A DNA stretch of 64,000 bases from NCBI RefSeq assembly GCF_018350175.1, contig NC_058383.1, positions 21,082,001 through 21,146,000 of the forward strand, given 5' to 3'. The stretch comes from Felis catus (lineage: Eukaryota). Position 1 is the first letter of the stretch; each line of letters begins with the position of its first letter. Shown in pieces: positions 1-12,958 of this stretch. The position numbers and the translations under genes are program-made. The notes under the pieces were generated by a model that searched no databases, was not told where the DNA came from, and saw only the letters and a list, made by a program, of their open reading frames with translations.

Positions 1-12
1 TTTTTAAAAGAT

Positions 13-223
13 GGGGCGCCCGGGGGGCTCAGTCGGTGGAGCGGCCGACCTCGGCTCAGGTCATGATCTCACGGTTCACGAGTTCGAGCCCCGAGCCGGG
101 CTCCACGCGGACAGCTCGGAGCCTGGCGCCTGCTTCGGATTCTGCGTCTCCCTCTCTCTCTCTGAGCATCCTCTCTCTCTCTCTCTCTCTCAAAAATAAA
201 TAAACATTAAGAAAAATTTAAAA
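13..223 (+). mobile_element. Can-SINE (SINEC, felid type)
   Basis: GGGGCGCC head, box A/B-like GGCTCAGTCGG and GAGTTCGAGCC, (CT)n tract, AAAATAAATAAAC A-tail. Confidence 0.95.
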
Positions 224-473
224 CATTATAAAGAAGCTAGTCATGGTAAATGGTGGGAATAGTATTCAAACTAGGATATGCCTGGTCCTAAACCCATGTT
301 CTTTTTATTGTACCATAAAATATGGAGCAGGGGCTCTGGGACACTTACGCGATCTATTTTCTCTGCACAGAATGCTTCCTCCAAATCCTTAATCCTTCTG
401 TGGCTGGAAGCAGCTGCTTCTGCTCCCTCCTCCTTCTCCTCCTCCTCCTTCTGCTCTTCCCTTCAGTAAAGTC

Positions 474-845
474 TCTATTGAGCCAAAATTCACATATCAT
501 ACAATTTGCCTATTTAAAGTGTACAATTCGGGCACCTGAGTGGTCCAGTGGGGTAAGCGTCCGACTTGATTTCAGCTCAGGCCAGGATCTCACCGTTCAC
601 GAGTTCGAGCCCCGCGTGGGGCTCTGTGCTGAGTGCACGAAGCCTGCTTGGAATGCCTTCTCTTCTCTCTGTCCTTCCCCTGCTCTCTCTCTCTCTCTCT
701 CTCATAAATAAACAAACATTTTAAAATATGCAATTCAATGGTTGTCAGTATATTCACAAAGTGATGTGACCTTCACCACAATTTTAGAACCTTTTTATCC
801 CTACCCCCCCCCCAAAAAACTCTGTACCCATTAGCAGTCACCCAC
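474..845 (-). mobile_element. Old L1 3' end fragment, interrupted by a SINE
   Basis: AATTCACATATCATACAATTT...AAAGTGTACAATTC / AATGGTTGTCAGTATATTCACA resembles the antisense L1M 3' terminus. Confidence 0.65.
530..725 (+). mobile_element. Can-SINE inserted in L1 fragment
   Basis: Full head, CT tract and tail; degenerate TSD AAAGTGTACAATTC / AAATATGCAATTC. Confidence 0.93.
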
Positions 846-847
846 CT

Positions 848-1541
848 TGCTCGTGGGTTCGAGCCCCACGTCTGTGCTGACGGTTCAGAGCCTGAAGTCT
901 GCTTCAAGTTCTGTGTCTCCCTCTCTCTCTCTGTCTCTCTCTCAAAAATGAATAAACGTTAAAAAAATTAAAATATCTTTTATTATATTAGAGAGAGAGA
1001 GTATGTGAATGAGGGACAGGGGCAGAGGAAGAGAGGGAGAGACAGAGAAAGAAAGAATTCTAAGGAGGCTCCATGCTCCGTGCGGAGCTCAGGGCTTGAT
1101 CCCACACCCCTGCGATCATGACCTGAGCCAAAATCAAGAGTCTGACAACCGACTGAGCCATTCAGGTGGCCCTCCTTTTTTTTTTTTTTTTAAAGTAGGC
1201 TCCACGCCCAATACAAAGCCCAATGCAATGCTGGAACTCACAACCCTGAGATCAAGACCTGAGCTGAGATCGAGTCAGATGATTAACTGACTGAGCCACC
1301 CGGGAGCCCCCAATTTCTGTTTTTTTTTTTAATTTTTTAATGTTTATTTTTGAGAGAGAGAGAGACAGACAGAGCATGAGCAGAGGAGGGGCAGAGAGAG
1401 AGGGAGACACAGAATCGGAAGCAGGCTCCAGGCTCTGAGCTGTCAGCACGGGGCCCGACGCGGGGCTCGAACTCACAACCTGTGAGGTCATGACCTGAGC
1501 CGAAGTCGGACACTTAACCGACTGAGCCACCCAGGCGCCCC
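848..1541. mobile_element. Cluster of four Can-SINEs (848-972 + truncated; 978-1171 -; 1176-1311 - short type; 1320-1541 -)
   Basis: Successive SINE heads, CT/GA tracts and A/T tails packed end to end. Confidence 0.9.
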
Positions 1542-2877
1542 TCTCTGTTTTTTTTCTACTACTACTTGTGCTAACTTCCTAACTTCCCCAGGTCCCTCTG
1601 CATCATTCTCCTCATAGCTTTTATGTTTCTGAAATTGTATTTACTTATTGGAATGCCTGCCTATTTTCTGTCTGAGCTAGACGAGAAGCACTCTGAGGGC
1701 AGAAGCTTGTCTGTTACGCTCACTGTTCCTTCCCCAGGGCCTGAGGGGGGGAAAAAAAGTCCTTTACCCAAAGTAGACACTTGATAAATATTTTACGTGA
1801 CTGAATATAAGATCGGTATTATACGGTCTCAGAAAAAAGGCAGGACTTCAAGGGACAACATGTTAGCCAAGAGAAACCTGCAGGATTGATTCGGTCGTTT
1901 ATTTACTCGCTCCCCAAAAGTCAGGTTTAGAAGCGATCCCTGCAAGTATCCTTTCTCACCTGGAACCCCTGCGCTGGGCATTCTGGGAAAGCAGGTGCGC
2001 AAAGGTTGCCTGGGGCAGGGTTTGGGCTGCTCGTATGGAAATGAGGCTGAGCCACATTAGGTGACATCTGCTCACTGAAAGCAGCCAAAGGCACCGGCAG
2101 CCTCACACAGCTTCATTCGGGGCACTGACAGCCACCGCGAGTCCCCGAAGAGCTCTAACTTGGATGCGGTCAGTGGCAAACCCAACAGTTGCTCAACTCC
2201 GCAAGCTAATTGATCGTTGTTTGGCCGTTAGCGTCACTTACCTCCTACCTCACATTCCAGGCTCCACCCCCTCTCTGCCCATGGACCATCATTCACAGGG
2301 TTTGTTTTCAGATGGTTTCCTTTCCTGGTTAACTTTGTAAAAAGAATGTACTTGGCCCATTTCACTCCAAAGGGAAGGCTCGTAAATGGCTCGTTTTATC
2401 TTCTCCGAATCCCAGGTCTGTGGCCGCCTCTTATTGCAACAACTTAGAGGCTCCTGGAAGGGTTTTATGCCAGAGAATAATGTGAAGAAGGTAATTGAAC
2501 CGGGAAGAGTGCTGTTGCCAAAATGTTAGCCCCTGACTCATCCAGGCATGGTCAGAGGGCCCTTCACTTCTAAACTCAGTTCAGTCCAATCCCTTAGTCC
2601 AAAATCATGAGGGACCTCTCCTGGAGGTCCACTAGGAACTTCGGCTTTATCTGTTGGTGGGGAGAAAGATCTGGAATAGACTGTAGTTGGTGGACCTGGA
2701 AGAAATCGCTGAGTTTATCTAAGGCCCAGTCTCTATGATTGTTTGCCTTCTTTTCCCGCCTCGGATTCCATTTCCACGCCATAGCCAGAGCACTCTATCT
2801 AGTGGCCTCTGTCAAACTCTAAATCTTACTGTGTTTAGGCCAGAAATTCTCCTTATCGTTGGTCCTTTGCCCACTGG

Positions 2878-3030
2878 GATTACCTGGGGAGTTCTTCCAA
2901 AGGGCTAAGGCCCAGGACTAACTCCAGACAAATGAAGTCATAATCTCTGGGTGTGGAGACCAGGCCTCTGACATTTCAAAAGCCCCCTTGGTGATCCCAA
3001 CGTACCGCCAGAAGGAAAGACCTTGTTTGG
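2878..3030. mobile_element. MER5-like hAT-Charlie DNA transposon relic
   Basis: TACCTGGGGAG...AATCTCTGGGTGTGGAGACCAGG...AAAAGCCCCCTTGGTGATCC. Confidence 0.6.
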
Positions 3031-5242
3031 TCTCAGATGACGGCAGGGGATATTGGAAGGCACTGCTTACTAGTAACTCCATTGCCAATGCCTGCCTGAC
3101 ATTGAGCATCAGCGAATAGGCTCGCGCAAGTCTGAGAGCGTCACTCTCTTGTGGGTTTCACGGCAGTGCCTCAGTCTCCCAACGTGCCTCATACTGGTTT
3201 CCTTCACCTCCCTGTTGACCCAGTTTCTGAGGAGCTAAGTGTGCCTGAGGGCCCCAGACCGTTAGGTGGGGGCTGAGCTTGAGGCTAAAGTTGAGTCTAT
3301 GGCCTTGAGGAGGATCGCTGGGAGGACTACTGCATGAGCAACCAAGTTGGGAACCCAGGCTCTTGAATGAAATAAATATTGGGTGGACGTATATTGCTGG
3401 AAGGGCTGTGTTTCAGATTGTGTGGGCATTGAGAGTCAGCTGGAACTCTGAGTCTGATTCCTGGTGTCTGATTACCAGCAACTTACGGTAAGACAGTTCT
3501 CAGCGGTGGCTTATTGCATTGGGTTCTTCCAGAAGTTGGTGCCTGTTCCATTCTGTTGTTGGTCCGTCCGTTCCAGATTGAGACAAATATATTGGTTATA
3601 CTGGAGCTGCAGGGACTACAGAGTCTAAGGTGCATGACTCTTTCAACGCTAATTAGGCCATGGTAGCAAGAGGTCCAACCACCAGAATATTGAGGAGTCT
3701 GACGGGTAGAGGTTATAGAATGGAAAGGTCCTCTCGTCATGGCTGAAGAGTGACCAGGGCTCTGGACAGTACCCTGGGTTTGAGTTTGAGGCTAAAGGTG
3801 GGTCTAGAGAATTAAGCAGGAGAGGGTGATGGAATGGCCAATCAAGCTGGACGCCCTATCTCTTGAATGGAATGAGCACTGAGTAGAGCTCCATATTCCA
3901 GAAGCTTTCTGCACTCTGTGGGCACTCAGGGATATCCTGGCACCGAGTCCAGGGACGAGTATGTGATCGCCAGCGACAGAGCCTGGGGAGGGACAGGGAT
4001 GGGGGAGACAGCCGGAGGCCCGGCTATTGTCTCGGCTCTATTTTCTGAGAGTGAATTCATCCCGATTCCCACTGGTCCGGGGGTGGAGACTATTAAGAAA
4101 CTCTGTGCCCCCGAGGAAGTCTGCTCTGGAACTGGGGCAGGTTCAACCAGTAGGTGGGAGGTCTCTGTGACACCAAATTTGGAATTTCAGGACAGGCGGC
4201 GGTGAGGCTGGCCAGAGATGGGGAGTCAGAGACAGCCAGCTCCTTCTCAGTGTGTGTGGGGTTAACCTTCTGGTCCCTCTCCTCCTGTTCTTTCCCTGTT
4301 CCCCACAGTATTCAAATTCCAGCCAACAGCTAGACTCCACAGGGGTGAGAGCACTCTTTAAAGGCAAAAGTAAAGACCTCATTAAATCGAAGAATCCAGA
4401 GAATAGAATGAATAGAAATGAAACACTTTCAGCTACCCCTCAGGAGGCCCCAGCAGAATAGCACTTCTCAGTGGAAAGCATTAGCACGGAGGTAATTCCT
4501 TAATGGACTACATCTCTACAGTGCCCCCAGAGGCCCAGGGACACGGGTGGGGGCTGGGAGAGTCCCTCCCCACCCCTGAAATTCAGCCCCAGACACGCAC
4601 AGTCCCAGGGCTGCAGGGGATGGAACCCGGGCCCGGCTGTGCCGGGCCAGGAGAATCAGGTCTCAAACCAACCTTTCCAACTTCTCACCTGCTCTCCCAG
4701 AGAGTTGTGCAGGCGGCCCTCACAGCAGGCCTGGCTTTTCAGTCTGAGGTGCTGGAATTTAGAAAGGGATGACAGAAATTATTTAAATTTCCGTTATCTG
4801 GGTGACCTGGCGATCCTAGATGAAGGAAAACCTCTTCTTGGGCCAAAGGGCTCCCCGTGTAAAGAAAATGAGCCTTTTTATCTGACCTGGAGCCCAGGTG
4901 GCAGTGCTGAGGTCCTGAGCCACCTAGAACCGAGGCCACTGGGAAAGGCAGCTGGGTGGGGTGGGAAGCGAAGGGACTCAGTCGGGAGACCTGGCTCCGA
5001 ATCCTAACTTCAATGTTCAATTGCTGTATGATGTGACGCCTTAAACCTCTGTAGCGTTTGGTAAGTTTTGCTATTGTAAGTTGGGCATACCAAAGGGGCT
5101 ATCTCACAGGGTGTGCCATGAAGGTGAAATGAATAAGATAGTTGAAGGAGGTGGACGGTTTACTCTCACGAAGAGCGGACATCATCACTTGTGCATGCGA
5201 GGCTGTGCAGAAGACCTTCTCGGTAATGATGGGAAGAGTAGA

Positions 5243-5615
5243 TGTTAGAGAAAAGACAACACGCCCAATGTGGAGTCGCTCATGCTAAGCCCCGCATCAC
5301 CAAAAAGAAACTTACCTTCCTTACAGTTTCAGCTCTCCCGGAAATAGGATCTTAAACCAGCCTATCAGGACTTGCCCAATGTGTTAGGTCATCTGCTTGA
5401 CAAAGCCCTGCCACTCTCGATGGGGACAGTGACTTTGCAACAACCAATCCACTTGTTGCCTAGGAGGACTTCCTTGGTCCTGCCCCCCTCTGCCTGCAAA
5501 ATCTCTTGCCTTGTACAGCTCTTAGGAACGCCTCTCCATCCGTCAAATTCACGAATTGCTGAATAAAGTCAATAAGATCTTTCAAATTCGCTCAGTGGAA
5601 ATTAGTTTTTTAACG
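5243..5615 (+). mobile_element. Solo ERV1-class LTR (MER34-like/carnivore)
   Basis: TGTTAGAG start, TTTTAACG end, AATAAA near 3' end, near-TSD TAGA/TGGA. Confidence 0.75.
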
Positions 5616-6059
5616 TGGATAATACTTGTGAAGCCTTTATTGTGTGCTGGGCGCTGGGCTCTGATCTTTGCACGCGTGAGTATATTGAATCCTCCTAGTG
5701 ATGCTGTGGGTAAAGTATTTTTCTTCTGCCCATTTTACCTGTGAGAAAACAAAGGCTCAGGATAGATAAGCAATCCGCTCAAGAACACACACCTAGAAAG
5801 GGCAGAGTTAGGACCTGAACCCGAACGTGGCACCCCTGTGCCACATTGTCACCCAGCTGAACGAAGATGCAAGCCGCCCCAAAGCTTCCCATGGCCGCTC
5901 GGGGGAATAGAGTAATGCCACAGTTGCGTGAGGAGCGGATGGTTTTGAAAGCTGGAATGATCTCCAGATTTTCCGGGTCTGTGAATGGTCCGCCTAATGT
6001 TTGCCATGCATATGTGCTAAATGACATTTTGGTTAAATGCATCGGGGATAGACAGACTT

Positions 6060-7802
6060 CTGGGATGGCCCCGGTGACCCCCATCTCCTTGGGTCATGCC
6101 CTTAGGTTACCTTTCCCCTCGAGTGCGGGCTGGAGCTGGTGACTTACTCTTTTTTTAATGTTTATTTATTTATTTTGAGAGAGAGCGAGAGTGGGGGAGG
6201 GGGAGAGAGAGTGGGGGAGAATGGGGGAGCCCAGTGTGGGGCTCAAACTCATGAACCGTGAGATCACGACCTGAACCGAAATCTAGTTGGACTTCAACCG
6301 ACTGAGCCAGCCGAGTGCTCTTGGTGACCTAGTTCTAATGAATGGGATACGGCAGATGTGATGGGATGCCACTTTATCAGTTTTCTATCACTGCATGTGT
6401 TCTGGCCGCATAACAATATACCATAGATGAGTGGCTTCAACAACCAGAAGTTGTTTTCTCAGTCTGGAACCCAAAAGTCCAAGATCAAGGCTCCAGCCAA
6501 TTTGGTTTGGGGCAAGAACTCTCTTCCCGGGTCGCAGACAGGCATCTCCTGGCTGTGGCCTCACATGGCCTTTCCTCGGTGAGTGCACCCAGAGAGAGCA
6601 AGGGAGCTGCCGTGTCTCCTCTTTTAAGGACACTATTTCTATCAGAGCAGGACCCCACACTTAAGACCTCATTTAACCTTGATTTCCTGCATTTTGGCCC
6701 CAGTTCCACATACAGTCACATTAGGGGGTAGGGCTTCAACATGTGAATTTGGGGATGGAGGGAGACACAATTCAGTTTACGACACGGCATCACGAATGAC
6801 TACACGCGTAGCCTATAATGACGTAAGAGCGTTATCTTACTATTTCCGGGAGTCAAGAGTCTGGGTGTAGGCTAGCCGGGTTTTCTGCTCTAGATGTCAC
6901 AGATCTGAAGTCAGGGTGTTGGTCAGGCTGAGTCCTTGCCCACAGACTTTGGAGAAAATCCACTTCCACGTTCATTCTTGCTGTTGGCAGAATTCAGCTG
7001 TGGCCGTAGAATCGAGGCTCCTGTTCTGTTGCGGGCTGGCATCTGCATGCTGCTTTTGGCTGCCAGGGACCACCTGCATTCCTTACCACATGGCCCCTTC
7101 CATTTTCAAATCAGCGACAGCATGTCGCATCCTTCTTGTGCTTTGAGTCTCTAACTTGCTTCGTCTCTCATCCCAAGACCCAGGCTCGTTAAATATATAC
7201 GTGGCAGCTTCCCAAGGACTTGTGTGGTCAGGTCAGTTCCACATGATAACCTCTCTATTTTTAGGCCCACTAATTTGAAACCTTAATTACATTTGCAAAC
7301 ACCTTTCGGCCCATATCACATAACGCAGGCTTGGGAGTGACATTCCATCCGATCCACGGTCCGGGAATTATACAGGATGTATGCAGCACAGGCACTCCCA
7401 AGATTAGGTTGCGAAACACTGAAACTTCTGTCTTGCTCACACTTTCCCTGTCTGGCTCTTTTCTCCTACTTGCTCCAAGGAAGCAAGTTGCCATGTTGTG
7501 GCTGCCCTGTGGAGAGCCTCATGGGGCAGAAACTAAGGGCAATCTTAGTTCAACAGCCAACGAGGAACATATCCTGCCGACGATGGTGTGAGTGAGCTTG
7601 GAAGATGATCCCCTCGGACCCGAGCTTTGGGGCACAACCCTTGCCACACCGTGACGGTGGCTTTGTGAGAGACCGTCAGCCAGAAGACCCAATTAAGCCA
7701 CACTCAGACTCCTGAGCCGCAGAAGCTGTAAGAGAATAAGTGCTGTTGCTTTAAGCCACTAAGTTTGGGGGTAACTTGTTACACAGCGTTGTATACCTAA
7801 TA
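6060..7802. mobile_element. Nested MaLR LTRs: + strand MLT1E/F-like host split by minus-strand MLT1 copies (~6390-6785, ~6790-7370) and a SINE
   Basis: Host 5' part ends GTGATGGGATGCCACTT and resumes CCAAGATTAGGTT, ending AAGCCACTAAGTTTGGGGGTAACTTGTTACACAGC; inner copies show AAGTCCAAGATCAAGG and GGGCTTCAACATGTGAATTTGGGG. Confidence 0.75.
6150..6321 (-). mobile_element. Can-SINE
   Basis: T-tail, GA tract, antisense head; TSD TGGTGACTTA / TGGTGACCTA. Confidence 0.9.
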
Positions 7803-7979
7803 TGCTATCTCTTAACGAAAGCAGTGTGATAGGAGTATATGACCTATATATATGGATATTTCTGAGAGGTTGAGAGGGGAAATAAGAGTGATAAATGATA
7901 TGCTACCCAATAACACTCCATAGCACATGACTCATATGCGTTATGTATGAAGGTGCTTGGCTTACTATAATGGCTGGTT

Positions 7980-8444
7980 CAATGGTCCCTCCCTTACCTG
8001 CAGGGGATACATACTAAGACCCCCTCACGGATGCCTGAAAGTGTAGTTGGTACCAAACTTAATATATACTATGTTTTTTTTCTATGCATACCTACATATG
8101 ATCAAGTTCAATTCATAAATTAGAGATAGTAAGAGATTAATAACAATAATCAATACTCAAATAGAATAATCATAACAGTATGTAATAAAAGTTCTATGAA
8201 CGAGTGTCTCTTTCTCAAACTATGTTCTAGTCCTGGACTCACCCTTCTTCTTGTGGGGACGGGAGATGAGAAAATGCCCCCGTGCTGAGACGAAGCGAGG
8301 TGAGTGACGTAGGCATGGCGTTAGGCTACTATTGACCTTCTGACGGTACCTCAAAGGAGAGTCATCCACCTCCGGGGCTGTGGTTGACCACGGGTAGCTG
8401 AACCTGCAAAAGGCAAAACCGTAGGTAAGGGGGGCAGGTTACTG
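7980..8444 (-). mobile_element. MER44/Tigger7-family DNA transposon relic
   Basis: Degenerate terminal inverted repeats CAATGGTCCCTCCCTTACC...GGTAAGGGGGGCAGGTTACTG followed by TA; interior resembles MER44 (GATGCCTGAAA, GTAAGAGATTAA, GTTAGGCTACTATTGACCTTCTGACG). Confidence 0.85.
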
Positions 8445-8789
8445 TAAACAGAAGGGATTCGTGATGTCATGTGGGAGGGGATGCGCTTTGAGAGGCAGAT
8501 TTCCCGGCTCGCTTGACTGTGAGGTCCTTTCTGTTTGTGCAAGGCAGGAGCTCTCTTCCTTGTCCTGTGAACTGCGGTCGGGCCACACAGAAAGCATTTG
8601 GCGTTCTCTGGTCTTTAAATGGTGTGATTCGCCAGTAGTGGACAATTGGTGTCTTGGTGCCATCTGGCAACGCGTGGCTGCGCCCAGCACCATCGGCGGT
8701 CTCGGCGAGACATTCGCCACGGAGCACCTTTCCCCGGTGAGAGGAGAAAATGACCGGGTTTGATTAGTTCATGAAAGAGAAGAGCACAG

Positions 8790-8990
8790 CCATCCGGCCC
8801 GTCTCTGACATTTATGAGCCCTAGGGCAAGAGTAAAAATGGAGGTCCGGGTACCATGAGTAAATAGTTATAAATAAAAACCTAAGTAAAATATGTTCTAG
8901 CTGCCTTCCTTGATAAATGTCACTTCTCAACAACTTAGAAGTCCGGGTCCTTATTATGTAGAGTTCTCAATACTCACTCCGTATGCAGGG
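8790..8990 (+). mobile_element. hAT-Tip100 (MER115-like) fragment
   Basis: AGGGCAAGAGTAAAAATGGAGG...AAATATGTTCTA. Confidence 0.5.
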
Positions 8991-11900
8991 AAACTCGGCT
9001 CAGCTGTCTGCCTTCCATCGTACTCCACAATGACTCATGTGGATGCCCGCCACCATACGAGAGTATGGCTGGAGGAGAACCAGGATGGGGCCTCTAAAGC
9101 ACAGGGATCCCTCTCATTCAGCTCAAGGGCAGCACCGCAGCCATTTTCCAAAAGCCTGAGGTGGATTGGTCTTCGTGAGCGAGGGGAATGAGAGGGGAGC
9201 CAAGGACCTTTCTGGAGCCACCGAACGGGCACCCAGCTGCTGGGATTGTGGGGTGAAGGGTGGCCGGACTGCAAGAGAAAACCTAGTCGATGGGGTATGT
9301 TTTCCAGTATGGGTGTGTCAGTAACAGATGCAGGTGGCTCAGCCTGAGTTAGCAACACCCAGCATGGAGTAACCACAGAAATGGGGATAGGGAGGGCCAG
9401 AGTAGGGAACACACAAACGTCCCGTGAGGGAGGAGAGCTGGACGGGGAGCCAGGTTCTCCTCCCAACCCACAGACTGAGGCAGCCCAAGGAGATGCTGTT
9501 GCCAGGATGGGGCCACCAGGTCTACACCAGACTAGCAGCAAAATGATGTGATACACTGTTCAGTTTCTTGTATTTTTCGTCTCAGGTGACAGCTTGCTGA
9601 ATCACCCAACTCAGCCCTCCAGAAGCCTTCAAGACGCCAAGCAAAAGAAAGAACACACAGTTGGGTTCAGACCCCACCCCTATCCTAGCTTGGTGGACCT
9701 CTCCCTGCATCTGTGACCTCAGACATAACCCGAGAAGACACCGCTGCCTACCCCATACGGTTATCATAAGAATTTAAAAGATAAGGTGCATAAAGTGTTT
9801 GGTGTGGTGCCTGGGAAGCAGAAAGAGCTCGGTAAACATCGACCGTTATTGCACTAGAGTCAGCCGGTCACACGATGGTCGTCCACTTAAATTATGATCT
9901 TCTTAAGGCTAGTGGCACTAGCTGGTGTATCTCCAGAATCTGTCACATTGCCTCATTGAAAAAAAACAACAACAACATTCATTTAGGATCCACTCTATGC
10001 CAAACACTGTGTGAGGCCAGTGATAGGCTGTGGCTAAGTATGGATTTGCTGAATCAAATAAAGAAGTCAAGGCATTGTGACATGTAATTAAGAATCCCCC
10101 GACTATCCGCAAAGCCCCTAAAGTATCTGTGACTAATTTTGAACGCTTCTTGCTTAAATGCTCACGGTTTTCTCTCCCTTTTGTAACCCTTTGGAGGAAA
10201 GGGAAAAAAAATCTTCTTTTGCTCTCAAGCAAGCTCGCGTACTGGAGGGATCTACAAGCCAAGATTCTGTCCATACCCATGGAAGCCTTCAGTTTCCCTG
10301 ATCCCACACGGGGACACAGTTTGGCAGCGATCTGTCGTTGGGTTATTTTATTAGCAAAATACCTCAGATACGGATTCCCAGTGGGTGAGAAACCGTTCCT
10401 TCTCAAGAGGCAGTGACGAATAGAAGCATATTTCTAAAAGAGCCGCAATACATATTCACCGCATAGCTTCCGACAGCGTCGCCTGTGTGCAAGGTATCTC
10501 CACTGATTATCGATAAACCACAAGCCAGCACCGATTCCCCATTTCATTTATAAGCATTAAGGCAGGTGGTTGGGAAGCAAAAGACAGAAGGAAAAACAGT
10601 GCATTCTATTGTTACCTGTCTCCTCCATTCGATGCGGTTTGAATGCCTCCTCCCCCAGACTATGTTGCTTTCACCACTACATCCCAAGTTCCTAGAATGG
10701 GGACGATGCCTGCCGTGGAGCGGGAACGTGATAAGCATTTGTCACGTGAGTGAGTGAATGAGGACATAAATGAACGAGTGGATCGTGCCTTGGGCATTTT
10801 TACCCTACCTGCCATCATGGCTAAGACCTGATCCACAGTGAGACGGTCTGCTCGGATCTCTCCCGGGCATCGTGCCAATGGATTTTGAAAGCATGCTTTT
10901 TCAGAATCCGAACCTAAATTTTCAAAACTCTAACCAGAGAAGAGCAGCTTCTGTAGCTAGATGGGAGCACGACATACCTGTGCAGATACTGTGGGATATT
11001 AATTTCCTGCAGTCTGTTTGCAGAGAGGCTCCTGCCTGAGAGCTTTAAGTGGCGTGGAGGCTGAACATCGCTCCTTTAATTTCTGGTGGGTGGAGATGCC
11101 CTCAGATGGCCTGTGGGTGGTGCCTATGGGAGAGTTCACGGGTCCCCCTTCCTACCAGGGATTCCGTGTGCCTCTCATGTAGTTCTTATCCTCCCGCCCC
11201 ACCCTCTCCCCAGAGTGTAGCAAAGGACCTCAGATTAAACGAGACAAGTGAGAGGTAACAAACATCTGAAATCCTCAGGTCTGCAAAGAAGTACATTAAA
11301 ATGCGTTCTAAGGATTTAGGTGTAAGGTTTTGACCTTGGGAGGCATCTGCCTCATGTCAGGAAGAAATAAAATCCCGTGAGAAAGAAATAAAAATCAGGG
11401 AGTGCCCACAATGGCAAGGTGTTTGTCAGGCTGGAGGGGAAGGAGCAAACTCAGAGGTAAATGGGAAAAGAGTTAGTAGAGGGTCAGGCTCCCGTCGTCC
11501 CGGGGAGCACAGGGTGGGGGTGAGGACATAACTCATGGCCCAGAAGCCATCCTTTCTGAGCAACTACTCCCAGCTCGGCATGACAAGAGCGGAAGTCTGT
11601 GTGAAGCACAGAAGAAAAAGTAGACACGAGAGTCAGAGATCAGACATCCGGACGGCCAACAGGTACATGAAGAGGGGCTCAGCATCAGGGAAACACAAAT
11701 CGAGACCACAAGGAGCTATCACCTCACACCTGTCAAGATGGCCATCATCAAAAAGATGAGACATCGCAAGTGTTGGTGAGGGTGTGGAGGGAAAGGAACC
11801 CCTGGGAATGGAAATTGGAGCGGCCATGATGGAAAATGATACGGAGGTTCCTCAAAAACACAAAACCCAGAACTACCATAGGATCCGGCAATTCCCCTTG

Positions 11901-12049
11901 GGGGGATACATCCAAAGGAAGTGAAAACCAGATCTCAAAAAGGTACGTACAGTTCCGAGTTCACTGTAACCCTCTTCTCAATAGCCGAGGTATGGAAACA
12001 ACCCAAAGGTCTGTCAACTGATGACTGGAAACAAGATGTGGTATATGTG

Positions 12050-12496
12050 TGACGTGGGGAACAAAGGCAGAAGGAAAGGTAGATAAAATTAAATCTTGTA
12101 ACCTGCAGCCCATTGGCAAATATTGAGGCAGAGTAGAACATTGGTCCAGGAACTCCCAACTGTTTTAAGGTTAGTGCTTTGCTGTGGGGAGGGGGGGGGG
12201 ACAGGAAGGGACAATTTTAGCTTGACAATTGCTGGGTTTCCAGGATCTGGGGAATCTTCTTTAGCATATGAAAGCCCTTTTGAAAACTTCCCTTGCCTTT
12301 ACCTTCTCCCGCTCCCAAGTGTATAGACAGTCACTCCTCACAATCCCAGGGCAACTCGTTCTGCCCACAGGTGCTGTCCCCGCCGCCCCCCCACCCCGCC
12401 CCGTGCTTTAATAAAACCACCTTTTTGCACCGAAGATGTCTCAAGAAAACTTTCTTGACCATCATCTCTGACCCTCCATCACTTCAAATAACATCA
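12050..12496 (+). mobile_element. Solo carnivore ERV1 LTR inserted in L1
   Basis: TGACGT...ACATCA termini, near-TSD TGTG/TGTA, GTGCTTTAATAAAACCACCTTTTTGCACC block shared with the LTR at 57254. Confidence 0.85.
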
Positions 12497-12761
12497 TGTA
12501 TCCAGTGTAATATTGCTCAACCTGAGAAGGAAAACCTGGCATTTGCAACAGCTTGTGGACCGTGGGGGCATCGCGCTAAGTGAAATCAGCCAGACAGAAG
12601 ACAGATATCACTTCTGTGTGGAATCAAAAAAAAAAAAAAAAAGTCAAACTCATATGGAAACAGAAATTAGAAAAATGGTGGCCAGGATCCAGGAGGCGGG
12701 GGAAATCAGGAAGGGTTGATAAAAGGGTACCAACTTCCAGCTGTAAGATGAATAAGGTCTG

Positions 12762-12958
12762 GAGGCTTGGGTGGCTCAGTTGGTTGGTCTTCAGACTCTT
12801 GATTTTGGCTCGAGTCGTGATCCCGGGGTTGTGGGATTGAGCCCCCATCGGGTTCCGCTCTGGGAGTGGGGCCTGTTTAAGCTTCTCTGTCCCCCTCTGT
12901 CCCTCTCCCCAACTCTCTGTCTGTCTCTTTTAAAAAAAGAAAATTAAAAAAAAAAAGT
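12762..12958 (+). mobile_element. Can-SINE in L1
   Basis: TSD TGAATAAGGTCTG at 12749-12761 and 12959-12971. Confidence 0.92.
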
